In this document: piece by piece, positions 55,992 to 64,000 of the stretch
How positions within the stretch are numbered: position 1 is the stretch's first letter
Layout: every line of letters begins with the position of its first letter
Assembly: GCA_021801565.1 (NCBI GenBank)
Contig: JAJYXV010000003.1
Location: 132,894 to 196,893 of the forward strand
Length of the DNA: 64,000 nt
Source of the DNA: a bacterium
GTDB taxonomy: Bacteria > Patescibacteriota > Minisyncoccia > UBA6257 > GWB1-50-10
Reading direction: 5' to 3'
Position numbers and translations under genes: made by a program
The notes under the pieces: generated by a model
What the model was told of the DNA's origin: nothing
What the model saw: the letters and a program-made list of their open reading frames with translations, nothing else
The model's database searches: none

Positions 55992-57519
55992 TTTTGTTGA
56001 TGATTTTTTGAACAGAACCACGATGTATCGGCTTGTCCTTTATGTTTTGCTTTTCTTTTTTGTTGTGGCACTTGCGCTTTCATTTTTCAAGTTACTTCCG
56101 TATGCTCCGGCGGATCTACTTTTATCCGCTGTTATTATTACAACAGTGTCATGGATAACAAATTTCGTTTTTGCGCGCGTATTTGAAGCGCCGGCAAATG
56201 TGGAATCAGTCTACATTACCGCACTTATTTTGTTCTGTATTATCACCCCCCCGCAGGGAAATGACTATTCCCAATTTCTTTCACTTGCCTTATGGGCGTC
56301 AATATGGTCAATGGCATCAAAATATATTTTTGCGATAGGTAAAAAACATATTTTTAATCCGGTGGCATTCGCCGTGACACTTACGGCATTTACAATTAAT
56401 GAATCAGCAAGCTGGTGGATTGGCACTATGTATATGCTTCCGTTTGTTTTTATCGGCGGTGTGTTGATTGTGAGAAAAATCCGTCGGGTTGATTTGATAT
56501 TTAGTTTTTTTATCGTTGCGTTTGTTACTATTATTAGTTTCGCCTTTATAAAGGGTACTAGTCCGGTGATTGCACTTTATAAGACCATTGTTAATTCGGC
56601 ATTTCTGTTTTTTGCTTTTGTGATGCTTACCGAGCCCTTAACGACTCCTCCCACAAAGTGGTTTCGCGTTGGATATGGCGCGCTTGTTGGATTTTTATTT
56701 GTACCCGCTATTCATATAGGCTCACTGTATTCAACTCCAGAACTCGCACTTGTTATCGGCAATATCTTCTCTTATATCGTGAGCCCGAAAGAGAAACTCA
56801 TTCTTTGTCTTAAAGAGCGAGTGAAGGTTGCAGATAATACATATGATTTTGTTTTCACAAATAATCGGAATTTTACGTTTCGACCCGGTCAATATATGGA
56901 ATGGACGCTTTCCCACCGTGATCCGGATTCGCGAGGGAACCGTCGATATTTCACCATTGCTTCGTCTCCTACAGAAAAAGACGTGCGTATTGGAGTCAGG
57001 TTTTATCCTGAGCCAAGCAGCTTTAAAAACAGAATCGCGTTTTTAGAGAAAGGAGATACAATTGTTGCATCCCAATGTGCCGGGGATTTTGTATTGCCCG
57101 ATAAAAAAGATCAAAAAATCGCTTTTATTGCTGGCGGCATTGGCGCGACGCCGTTTCGGAGCATGATGAAATATCTGTTGGATAAAAATGAAAAGCGACC
57201 GATTATAATGCTTTATTCAAACAAGACGATAAGTGACATTGCCTATAAAGATATTTTTGACAGCGCGGAATCTATGCTCGGCATAAAAACTGTTTATGCC
57301 GTAACCAATTCAGATAAAAATGAGATGCAACCGAGATGGCCGATTGTTTATGGATTTATTGATGCGGAAATGATAAAAAAAGAAGTGCCGGACTACCTTG
57401 AACGCACATTCTATGTTTCAGGCCCGCGTTCTATGGTTACCACTTTTGAGAAAACATTGCGCGATATGGGTGTCACACGGAGCAAAATAAAAACTGATTT
57501 TTTCCCTGGTTTTGTATAA
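55984..57519 (+). CDS. polytopic membrane domain fused to a ferredoxin-NADP-reductase-like FAD/NAD(P)-binding module
   Basis: About 270 aa of N-terminus with at least 6 TM helices is followed by FRPGQYMEWTL...RRYFTIASSP (the RxYS flavin motif) and GGIGATPFRSM (NAD binding). Confidence 0.7.
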   Translation: MFNFVDDFLNRTTMYRLVLYVLLFFFVVALALSFFKLLPYAPADLLLSAVIITTVSWITNFVFARVFEAPANVESVYITALILFCIITPPQGNDYSQFLSLALWASIWSMASKYIFAIGKKHIFNPVAFAVTLTAFTINESASWWIGTMYMLPFVFIGGVLIVRKIRRVDLIFSFFIVAFVTIISFAFIKGTSPVIALYKTIVNSAFLFFAFVMLTEPLTTPPTKWFRVGYGALVGFLFVPAIHIGSLYSTPELALVIGNIFSYIVSPKEKLILCLKERVKVADNTYDFVFTNNRNFTFRPGQYMEWTLSHRDPDSRGNRRYFTIASSPTEKDVRIGVRFYPEPSSFKNRIAFLEKGDTIVASQCAGDFVLPDKKDQKIAFIAGGIGATPFRSMMKYLLDKNEKRPIIMLYSNKTISDIAYKDIFDSAESMLGIKTVYAVTNSDKNEMQPRWPIVYGFIDAEMIKKEVPDYLERTFYVSGPRSMVTTFEKTLRDMGVTRSKIKTDFFPGFV

Positions 57520-57560
57520 CCAGTACATGGGATAAATTAATTTAGAAGTGATAATATTAT

Positions 57561-57953
57561 ATGATGAAGCTTTTCGAGAAAATATTTCCTTCTGAACCAG
57601 AAAATAACATTAGAAACCTGCATAAAGATTTTAAGATTATTCATGATGGGTTTTGGTGTTTCAATAGGGAATTTAGCCCTCTTACAGATCGCGAGTTGAA
57701 TATAAAAGCAAAGATAATATTTGAAGATCCGTCACTTTTGGACGACTGCAAATTTCTTGCAAAGATTGGAAAAAATCTTGATATGAATATTCCGCTTCCA
57801 TATATCGGTTTTGCATACGGAAAAAATGAAGAGGAAGAAGCGCTTAAAAAATGGGTGGAAAAATTTCCCTATGTCGAATTGATACGCGGATTGGATAGGG
57901 AAGGAGTGATAAAAGAAGATAGTGAGGTGGTACAACTAAAAACATTACAATAA
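57561..57953 (+). CDS. hypothetical protein
   Basis: 130-aa ORF. Confidence 0.3.
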   Translation: MMKLFEKIFPSEPENNIRNLHKDFKIIHDGFWCFNREFSPLTDRELNIKAKIIFEDPSLLDDCKFLAKIGKNLDMNIPLPYIGFAYGKNEEEEALKKWVEKFPYVELIRGLDREGVIKEDSEVVQLKTLQ

Positions 57954-57955
57954 TA

Positions 57956-58852
57956 ATGAAAATATTTTTTACAGGAATAATTTTGGCGCTCATTATTGTT
58001 GGAGCGTGGTTTTTATATGCAAATGCTCCGCAACGGAACAATGGCATATCGGAACCAAAATTTGAAAATAAGGTTTTGTATATGTGTAAAAATTCAAAAA
58101 CAATTCAGGCGGTGTATCTTATTAGCGCTTCCATCAAGGCAAAGCCGGGCGAACGGCCCATACCAAACGGGAGTGTTGATATTACATTAAGCGATGGACG
58201 CACATTATCTCTTCCACAAACAATTTCGGCAAGCGGTATTCGTTATGCAAACAGTGATGAATCAATTGTCTTCTGGAGTAAGGGCAATGGAGCGTTTCTC
58301 CTTGAACACAATAAGGAAACATATATGGATTGTATAGCGATTGCGCCCGAATCAGGAAATCTTTCTAAAATTTATGCAAACAGCGCCGAAGGTTTTTCGC
58401 TTCGCTATCCCGCCGACTATTTAGTGAACACAACATATCAATATGAAGCACTTGGGCCAGGGAAAGAAATTAAGGGCGTGAAATTTACCATTCCGCTTGA
58501 AATGAGCACGGGCACGAATCTCTCCGGATATGATACAGGTATATCAATCGAAGAAATCCCAAATATTCAAAATTGCACCGCAAATCTATTTATTTACCAA
58601 AATATGAAAGCGGTTTCTGTGAGAGATGCAGATGTTGAATACTCTGTTGCGACCACAACTGGTGTTGGATTGGGAAATTATTATGATGAAACGGTGTGGG
58701 CATTTCCAGGAACAAATCTATGTATAGCGGTGCGATACCTTATTCATTCCATGAATATACAGAATTACACACCAGGAGCCGTTCACGAGTTTGATCGCAA
58801 AACTCTTCTCGAGCAGTTTGATGCGATACGGCGAACGTTAACGTTATTATAA
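57956..58852 (+). CDS. membrane-anchored secreted protein with a possible MliC-like (lysozyme-inhibitor) N-terminal domain
   Basis: A TM anchor is present. SASGIRYANSDESIVFWSKGNGAFL...C is a loose match to the MliC pattern. Confidence 0.35.
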   Translation: MKIFFTGIILALIIVGAWFLYANAPQRNNGISEPKFENKVLYMCKNSKTIQAVYLISASIKAKPGERPIPNGSVDITLSDGRTLSLPQTISASGIRYANSDESIVFWSKGNGAFLLEHNKETYMDCIAIAPESGNLSKIYANSAEGFSLRYPADYLVNTTYQYEALGPGKEIKGVKFTIPLEMSTGTNLSGYDTGISIEEIPNIQNCTANLFIYQNMKAVSVRDADVEYSVATTTGVGLGNYYDETVWAFPGTNLCIAVRYLIHSMNIQNYTPGAVHEFDRKTLLEQFDAIRRTLTLL

Positions 58853-58859
58853 AATTAGT

Positions 58860-60134
58860 TTATCTCCTTTTTCTAAATAAGCTTGAATTGGAATATGGTC
58901 TTTTTCCGTGAAATTTCTTTTTACGATCGCGGGGATGGAACTTTCTTTTCTGCTTTCGCGGATCAAATTTTTCTTCTAGTTTATCAACTTTAAATTTTGA
59001 AGGCATCGGTGGGGGAAGAGTTGGGGTTTTTGATATGGGAAGTGTTCCTCTGATTAATCGTTCGATCGAGTGGACATCTCCTTTTTGATTCGGTTCAGCA
59101 AACGAAATTGCATGACCAGTGATTCCTGCCCGCGCGGTGCGACCGATGCGGTGCACATAATCTTCCGCATTTTCTGGAAGGTCATAATTCAGTACCAATT
59201 CAATATTTGTGACATCAATACCGCGTGCGGCAATATCGGTTGCAATAAGCACTCGATATCTTCCGGTTTTAAATCCCTCTAGTGCATCTTTTCTCTGGTT
59301 GAGCGATCGGTTTCCGTGCATTTCAATTGATTTATGCCCAAGTGCACGCACGAGCGCGGTTATTTTTTTTGCACTATATTTTGTCCGACAAAACACCAAC
59401 ACCGAACCGCGATAATCCTGAAGCACTTTTTCTAAAAGCCGCGGTTTTTCTTCTCGCTTCACAAAAAATAATTCTTGCGTCACATCTTTTACAGTGGTTC
59501 CTGAACGTGCAATTTCGACTCGTACTGGGAGTCTCATATATGTTTTTGCGATATTAATAATTTGTTCGGGCATGGTTGCCGAAAAAAGCATTGTTTGTCG
59601 GTTGCGGGGAAGTATAAAAAGAATACGTTGCAGTTGTGGGGCAAATCCCATGTCGAGTATCCGATCGGCTTCATCCAATACCAAAACACCCACTTTTTGT
59701 AATGTAAGCGTTTTTTGCTCTAAATGGTCAAGAATTCTTCCTGGAGTTCCGATAATAATTTGCGGATTACGGTGAAGATCCCGGATTTGTTTTGAGATAG
59801 ATTCTCCGCCGATGATTACCGCTGTTCGTAAACTAAGCGGTGTGCCAATTTTTCGAAGTGTTTCGTCAATTTGCAGTGCGAGTTCGCGTGTTGGCACTAT
59901 CACCAGACCATTTCCCATTCCCTGAAGTACGCGTTGAATGAGCGGTATTCCGAACGCAAGTGTTTTTCCCGTTCCTGTTTGTGCAACGCCCATTAAATCT
60001 TTTCCCTCAATTAAGATAGGGATTGAACGTTCCTGTATGGGAGTTGGAATTTTAAAATTAAGTTTATTAGTAATGACTTCGAGAATTCCCGGAGCAATGC
60101 CTAATCCATAAAAATCTTTTTTGCTTTCTGTCAT
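58860..60134 (-). CDS. DEAD-box ATP-dependent RNA helicase
   Basis: The Q-motif, AQTGTGKT, PTRELA, DEAD (VLDEADRILDMGF), SAT and HRIGRTARAG are present, with a basic C-terminal tail. Confidence 0.9.
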   Translation of the reverse strand: MTESKKDFYGLGIAPGILEVITNKLNFKIPTPIQERSIPILIEGKDLMGVAQTGTGKTLAFGIPLIQRVLQGMGNGLVIVPTRELALQIDETLRKIGTPLSLRTAVIIGGESISKQIRDLHRNPQIIIGTPGRILDHLEQKTLTLQKVGVLVLDEADRILDMGFAPQLQRILFILPRNRQTMLFSATMPEQIINIAKTYMRLPVRVEIARSGTTVKDVTQELFFVKREEKPRLLEKVLQDYRGSVLVFCRTKYSAKKITALVRALGHKSIEMHGNRSLNQRKDALEGFKTGRYRVLIATDIAARGIDVTNIELVLNYDLPENAEDYVHRIGRTARAGITGHAISFAEPNQKGDVHSIERLIRGTLPISKTPTLPPPMPSKFKVDKLEEKFDPRKQKRKFHPRDRKKKFHGKRPYSNSSLFRKRR

Positions 60135-60214
60135 CTGTCCTTAATTATACTATTTGATTTTGTTTGTGTCAATTTTTTCTGCGTTTTTTTGAAAATATGT
60201 GATATTCTGAATAT

Positions 60215-61009
60215 ATGAAATGGCCAAATACATTAACGTTCATACGACATGGAGAGTCAAAATATAATGAGTTGAAAGTAAAAAAAAGCGTACATAAAGA
60301 TTACGACCGTTTTTGTAAATTATTTGATCGTGATTTTAAAACAGCAAAAAATGAGCGATGGGTGAGTGACGAGTTGCGAGAACTTGCAGAGAAAGTGTGG
60401 CATGCGACAAATCTTTCGATGAGTGATTATGATACTCCGCTTACAAAAACTGGTATCATACAAGCAAAGCAAGTGGGAAAGAAATTGGAAAAGACGGTTG
60501 AATTTCCCGATGTCATATATGTTTCTCCGTATGCGCGGACACGACACACGTTCGATGCGATGCGGAGCGAGTGGAAGGAATTAAAGAAAGTAAAGACGGT
60601 ATACGAAGAACGTATTCGCGAACAAGAACATGGGCTTGCAACTGTTTTTAATGACTGGCGTGTCTATAATGTGATGAATCCGCTTCAGGGATTGCTTTAT
60701 AAATTAGAGGGTGGGTATGAATATCGTTTTTTAAATGGAGAGAGCAAAACTGATGTTCGTGACCGTGTGCGCGATTTTTTGGGGACGCTAGTGAGAGAAC
60801 ATGCAAAGGAAAATGTCCTTGTAATTTCGCATCATCTTACCATTCTTTCTTTCCGTGCAAATCTAGAGCACTGGGATAGAGAACAATTTACTTATATCGA
60901 TAGAAATGAAAAACCGATAAATTGCGGAGTAACGGTGTACAAGGGACATCCTGAATTGGGAAAAGACGGAAAATTGGTGTTAGATATATACAATAAAAAA
61001 TTGTATTAA
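60215..61009 (+). CDS. histidine phosphatase superfamily (phosphoglycerate-mutase-like) protein
   Basis: LTFIRHGESKYN (RHG motif) is present, with a downstream His (ISHHLTI). Confidence 0.75.
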   Translation: MKWPNTLTFIRHGESKYNELKVKKSVHKDYDRFCKLFDRDFKTAKNERWVSDELRELAEKVWHATNLSMSDYDTPLTKTGIIQAKQVGKKLEKTVEFPDVIYVSPYARTRHTFDAMRSEWKELKKVKTVYEERIREQEHGLATVFNDWRVYNVMNPLQGLLYKLEGGYEYRFLNGESKTDVRDRVRDFLGTLVREHAKENVLVISHHLTILSFRANLEHWDREQFTYIDRNEKPINCGVTVYKGHPELGKDGKLVLDIYNKKLY

Positions 61010-61148
61010 AAGAAATTGCGCGCGCGACAGAGTTTTACAAAAATCGGCATTTTGAAATATTTATTTTAAAGAATTAAATTTTTTTCTCGATTTGCTATAC
61101 TAAAGAAAGTAGATAGTATTTGAGAATCAAACAAAAGGAAGGTGCGAG

Positions 61149-61814
61149 ATGAAAAAGATTTTCTGTTTCAGTTTCGTTTTGTTTCTTTTTTCTTCTCTTT
61201 TTATTTTGAATGGATGTTATACAACTTTTAGAGTTCAAGAAAGAGAAAGCACATATGAATCGGTTGTTTCTGATTCAAACAAAATAATAATTCAAAACAA
61301 TTATTTTTACGACAATCTCTGGATGCGATCTGGTCTCTATCTCGGGTACAGATACCCATATTGGTACAGTGATGCTTACTGGTATAACCCGTGGCATAAC
61401 CTTTGGTACGGATTCTATTGGAATGGATATAAATTTGGATATTGGGACTATTGGTATAATCGTCCTTATGTAAATTGGAGTGACCGGTGGAACATATATA
61501 GACCTCCACATGTCAATAATGAAGATATCCGTTTCAGAATCCGGGGAAATGATGGAGAACGCAGAGTGAGACCGCCCAACACCCAAAGACCGGAGGATCG
61601 AAATTCACATCGAGATAAAACAAGAAGAGTGCGTGACGAACGTCCACTGGAAAGACAATCACCGCCAGTAACAGAACCTCGGAGAGGTACAAATGTTGAA
61701 CGAAGGCGGGAGCAACCTGTTATTTCTCCACGAAATACCGACACGAGCCGCGGAAAATCTTCCCAAGAAAAGACGGAAAAACGCGAGCAAACCAGTGATC
61801 GAAAGCGTAAATAA
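61149..61814 (+). CDS. putative lipoprotein with a Trp/Tyr/Asn-rich aromatic repeat region and an Arg/Glu/Asp-rich tail
   Basis: A signal peptide ends in LNGC. YWYNPWHNLWYGFYWNGYKFGYWDYWYNRPYVNW is followed by a highly charged low-complexity C-terminus. Confidence 0.4.
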   Translation: MKKIFCFSFVLFLFSSLFILNGCYTTFRVQERESTYESVVSDSNKIIIQNNYFYDNLWMRSGLYLGYRYPYWYSDAYWYNPWHNLWYGFYWNGYKFGYWDYWYNRPYVNWSDRWNIYRPPHVNNEDIRFRIRGNDGERRVRPPNTQRPEDRNSHRDKTRRVRDERPLERQSPPVTEPRRGTNVERRREQPVISPRNTDTSRGKSSQEKTEKREQTSDRKRK

Positions 61815-61873
61815 TTGTTACATAAAAAATCCCTGAAAAATTTCAGGGATTTTTTGAAAAATAACGAATGGAG

Positions 61874-62215
61874 CTATTGCTGTGTGCTCGAGGTATTTTG
61901 TTGATATTGATTCCACCCGCGCATCATTCTTCCCGGAATAAAATTATCTCCGTAATCGCCGGTGTTATATCCATAAAACATCATCGGATATCCGCCGCGG
62001 TGCATATTCCATCCGAAACCGCCGCCATATCCATAGACAGCACTTTTGAATTCACCGACTTTTACTCCCAGTGAGAACACGGCAATAAGGATAAGAATGC
62101 CAAGTATCCAGCGGAGAAGAATGTGTTTTCCTCCGTGGCAACACATTTTTTTACACCACCCGTTTTCACACATATGTTCGCATACCCCAGTATGCTCTTT
62201 TTTGTTTTCTTCCAT
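61874..62215 (-). CDS. small membrane protein with an N-terminal Cys/His cluster and a Gly/Tyr-rich C-terminus
   Basis: CEHMCENGWCKKMCCHGGKH is followed by a TM helix and then YGYGGGFGWNMHRGGYPMMFYGYNTGDYG. Confidence 0.35.
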   Translation of the reverse strand: MEENKKEHTGVCEHMCENGWCKKMCCHGGKHILLRWILGILILIAVFSLGVKVGEFKSAVYGYGGGFGWNMHRGGYPMMFYGYNTGDYGDNFIPGRMMRGWNQYQQNTSSTQQ

Positions 62216-62302
62216 AATTAATTGTTATTTTGACCTTTCCATCTATTATATACTACATTAGATGATTATGTTTTATTTCATCTGTTTATAGGGGATGCGG
62301 GG

Positions 62303-62689
62303 ATGACGGTGTTAAATAATGAGAAAAAAGAAATCAATGGAATGCAAATTGTTGGTGTTGATTACAGGGATTCATTGAATCGCACCAAACTCGAAGAAAT
62401 GTTAAAAAATCTCATTGATAAAAATAAACCAAGCGTACTCTTGAAACACGCGCCGTTTGATTTGGATATTACAGAAAAAGCGGGAGTAAATATGGAACTT
62501 TCAGGACACACCCATCGCACGCAAATGTGGCCGCTCAATTTCATTACACAGCTTGTATATAAAGGATATGATTGCGGATTAAAATCTTTTGGGAATATGA
62601 GTGTATATACTTCGGATGGGGTAGGGACGTGGGGGCCGCCGGTTCGTGTAGGAACAAATGCAGAAATTGTTTCTATAGAATTTGAGTAA
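62303..62689 (+). pseudogene. C-terminal fragment of a calcineurin-like metallophosphoesterase (N-terminal metal-binding half absent)
   Basis: The C-terminal GHTH motif (MELSGHTHRTQMWPLNF) is present. There is no room upstream for the GDxHG/GNHE half. Confidence 0.4.
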
Positions 62690-62724
62690 GGGAAAATGCC
62701 CCATAATTGTGGGGCATTTTTAAA

Positions 62725-63009
62725 CTATTTTGTAATTTTCATCACCGTATCGAATTCATCTTCATGTATTTGGATGAGTTCGTTTTTAGTAAATGCGTCT
62801 ATCATTGCAGCTGCAAACTTGTGAGAGACTTTTAATCTCTTCATTTCTTTAAATTCTCCTACTTCTCGTAAGTTAAATGGCCGTATATATAATCTTCCTT
62901 TATGTTTTTCGACCATTATTTGTGAAGAAGTTAAAACGATGAATCGGGTGAACTCGTTTTTTTCATTTTTTACTTCAATCACACATGCCTCGTTAGATCC
63001 TTCATTCAT
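62725..63009 (-). CDS. hypothetical protein
   Basis: 94-aa ORF. Confidence 0.3.
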   Translation of the reverse strand: MNEGSNEACVIEVKNEKNEFTRFIVLTSSQIMVEKHKGRLYIRPFNLREVGEFKEMKRLKVSHKFAAAMIDAFTKNELIQIHEDEFDTVMKITK

Positions 63010-63227
63010 TTTTGTGTTCCTGTTTTGTTATTTACTATCTTCAAGTATAACATATTTTATTGATTTGTCAACCGAGTAGTGAAAATTCAATAAACATAAA
63101 TGTAAGGTCTATAATATAAAATGTTTTTTCTTATATTATGGGAAGTAATGGATTAGATGTTTTTATTTGTCGAAGACGAAATTGAATTTCTACTACTCGG
63201 TCAATTTTTTTATGCTATAATGATTGT

Positions 63228-63623
63228 ATGAAAGGATATATAAATAATATAGAAAAGGAGACAAAGGAAAATACAAATTTCCGAAAGGTATTATACACTG
63301 CGAAAAACACGCAGTTGGTCGTTATGCATTTGAATCCAGGGGAAGAAATTGGCGAAGAGGTGCATACACTTGACCAGTTTCTTCGCGTTGAGGAGGGAAG
63401 TGGTGTCGCAGTTCTTGATGGTATCGAGACAAAAATCGAAAGCGAATATGCAATCATTGTTCCCGCCGGAACGAAGCATAATGTGATAAATAAGGGAAAT
63501 GGACCGATGAAACTTTATACCCTATATTCGCCTCCCGAACATAAAGACGGAACGATTCATGTAACAAAGGTAGATGCAATAGCTGATGTAGCAGATCATT
63601 TTGACGGAGTGACGACAGAATAA
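63228..63623 (+). CDS. cupin-domain protein
   Basis: HLNPGEEIGEEVH...EGSGVAVLDG...AIIVPAGTKHNVINKG follows the cupin_2 two-motif pattern. Confidence 0.65.
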   Translation: MKGYINNIEKETKENTNFRKVLYTAKNTQLVVMHLNPGEEIGEEVHTLDQFLRVEEGSGVAVLDGIETKIESEYAIIVPAGTKHNVINKGNGPMKLYTLYSPPEHKDGTIHVTKVDAIADVADHFDGVTTE

Positions 63624-63685
63624 GAGTAACCAGTAATTCGTAACTAGTAACAAAAAAATCCCCGTGAAGTTACGGGGATTTTTTT

Positions 63686-64000
63686 TTATATCCTTACTTG
63701 TGAATAGCTGTGCTTTTTCGTCACACTAAAAAACACAGTTAACGTAGAGATAGTAATTATAATGCCAATATATACAATGAGTGACAAATACTTTTCTTCT
63801 GGTTGAATCGGACGATCTCCGAAAAGATAGAAAAAAGCGGTTTCTTGTAGAAGTATGGACAAGTACATAAAAAAACCGGTAATCAATGAGCAAAGTAACC
63901 CAGCAATTACATCTATTTTTTTATGTTTCCCTATCCATTTTTTTCCAAAATTGGTGGATAAGTAGATAATTCCAAGAGAAAATCCAACATACCAGAGAAC
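63686..64000 (-). CDS. hypothetical membrane protein, N-terminus beyond the window end
   Basis: The minus-strand frame is open from 64000 to the stop at 63686 and contains hydrophobic helices. Confidence 0.35.
   Translation of the reverse strand, partial: VLWYVGFSLGIIYLSTNFGKKWIGKHKKIDVIAGLLCSLITGFFMYLSILLQETAFFYLFGDRPIQPEEKYLSLIVYIGIIITISTLTVFFSVTKKHSYSQVRI

Noticed and set aside
1-64000. CRISPR arrays, rRNA genes and integron attC-type sites.
   Set aside because: No evenly spaced short direct repeats, no rRNA-like conserved blocks and no 7-bp core-site pairs were seen. The only regular repeats are the coding repeats at 11762-12671 and the 40-bp pair at 46139/47101.

Overview
This is a 64-kb AT-rich bacterial chromosome segment, all on one contig, that looks like a CPR/Patescibacteria-type genome. 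That assignment is inference from short rpoB and rpoC, an rpsF-ssb-rpsR group with no rplI, fusA not followed by tuf, a short RecQ, and many small lineage-specific proteins. Genetic code 11 appears to apply: an RF2-like gene is present and TGA behaves as a stop.

The conserved backbone, in window order, is:
- a partial FtsW/RodA, MltG, rpoB and rpoC;
- rpsF-ssb-rpsR, followed by PAP2, EamA and glutaredoxin genes;
- an RF2 lacking domain 1, then ftsE and ftsX;
- rpmB, an M50 protease, and rpsL-rpsG-fusA;
- Dus, RecQ, a UvrD helicase fused to a Cas4-like nuclease, Obg, a SAM methyltransferase, a DEAD-box helicase and a histidine phosphatase.

Four tRNAs are present (Thr-CGT, Pro-GGG, Gly-CCC, Gln-CTG). 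No rRNA and no CRISPR array were found.

The accessory content is where the interest lies:
- An IS200/IS605-type element (tnpA plus hairpin ends) has a 180-bp tnpA-less MITE derivative 10.5 kb away.
- Three small GIY-YIG (COG2827-like) genes each sit flush against a tRNA gene, with duplicated tRNA segments around them.
- An ~8.1-kb island sits at the 3' end of tRNA-Gln, bounded by a 16-bp direct repeat. It carries a large serine recombinase and terminase small and large subunits.
- Inside that island are four tandem paralogous small proteins, one with a TIGR02391/Abi_C-like C-terminus, followed by a gene with a PLD-like motif. This is the strongest candidate for an undescribed phage-defence or satellite module.
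- 40-bp direct repeats related to the island arm flank a single-gene cassette downstream.
- A compact cluster (FMN_bind protein, ApbE, a membrane-FNR fusion and a divergent cupredoxin) resembles a flavin-based extracytoplasmic electron-transfer module.
- An 8-gene co-directional cluster of nucleotide-handling enzymes (Nudix, APH-like kinase, a P-loop-kinase/Zn-ribbon/PP-loop fusion, HAD, CYTH) is also present.
- Smaller items: a large secreted Cys-rich tandem-repeat protein, an OMP-like beta-barrel, a 42-bp perfect palindrome and a recurring CACTATGAC..GTCATAGTG terminator palindrome.

All protein-family calls rest on motifs read by eye. None was confirmed by database search.
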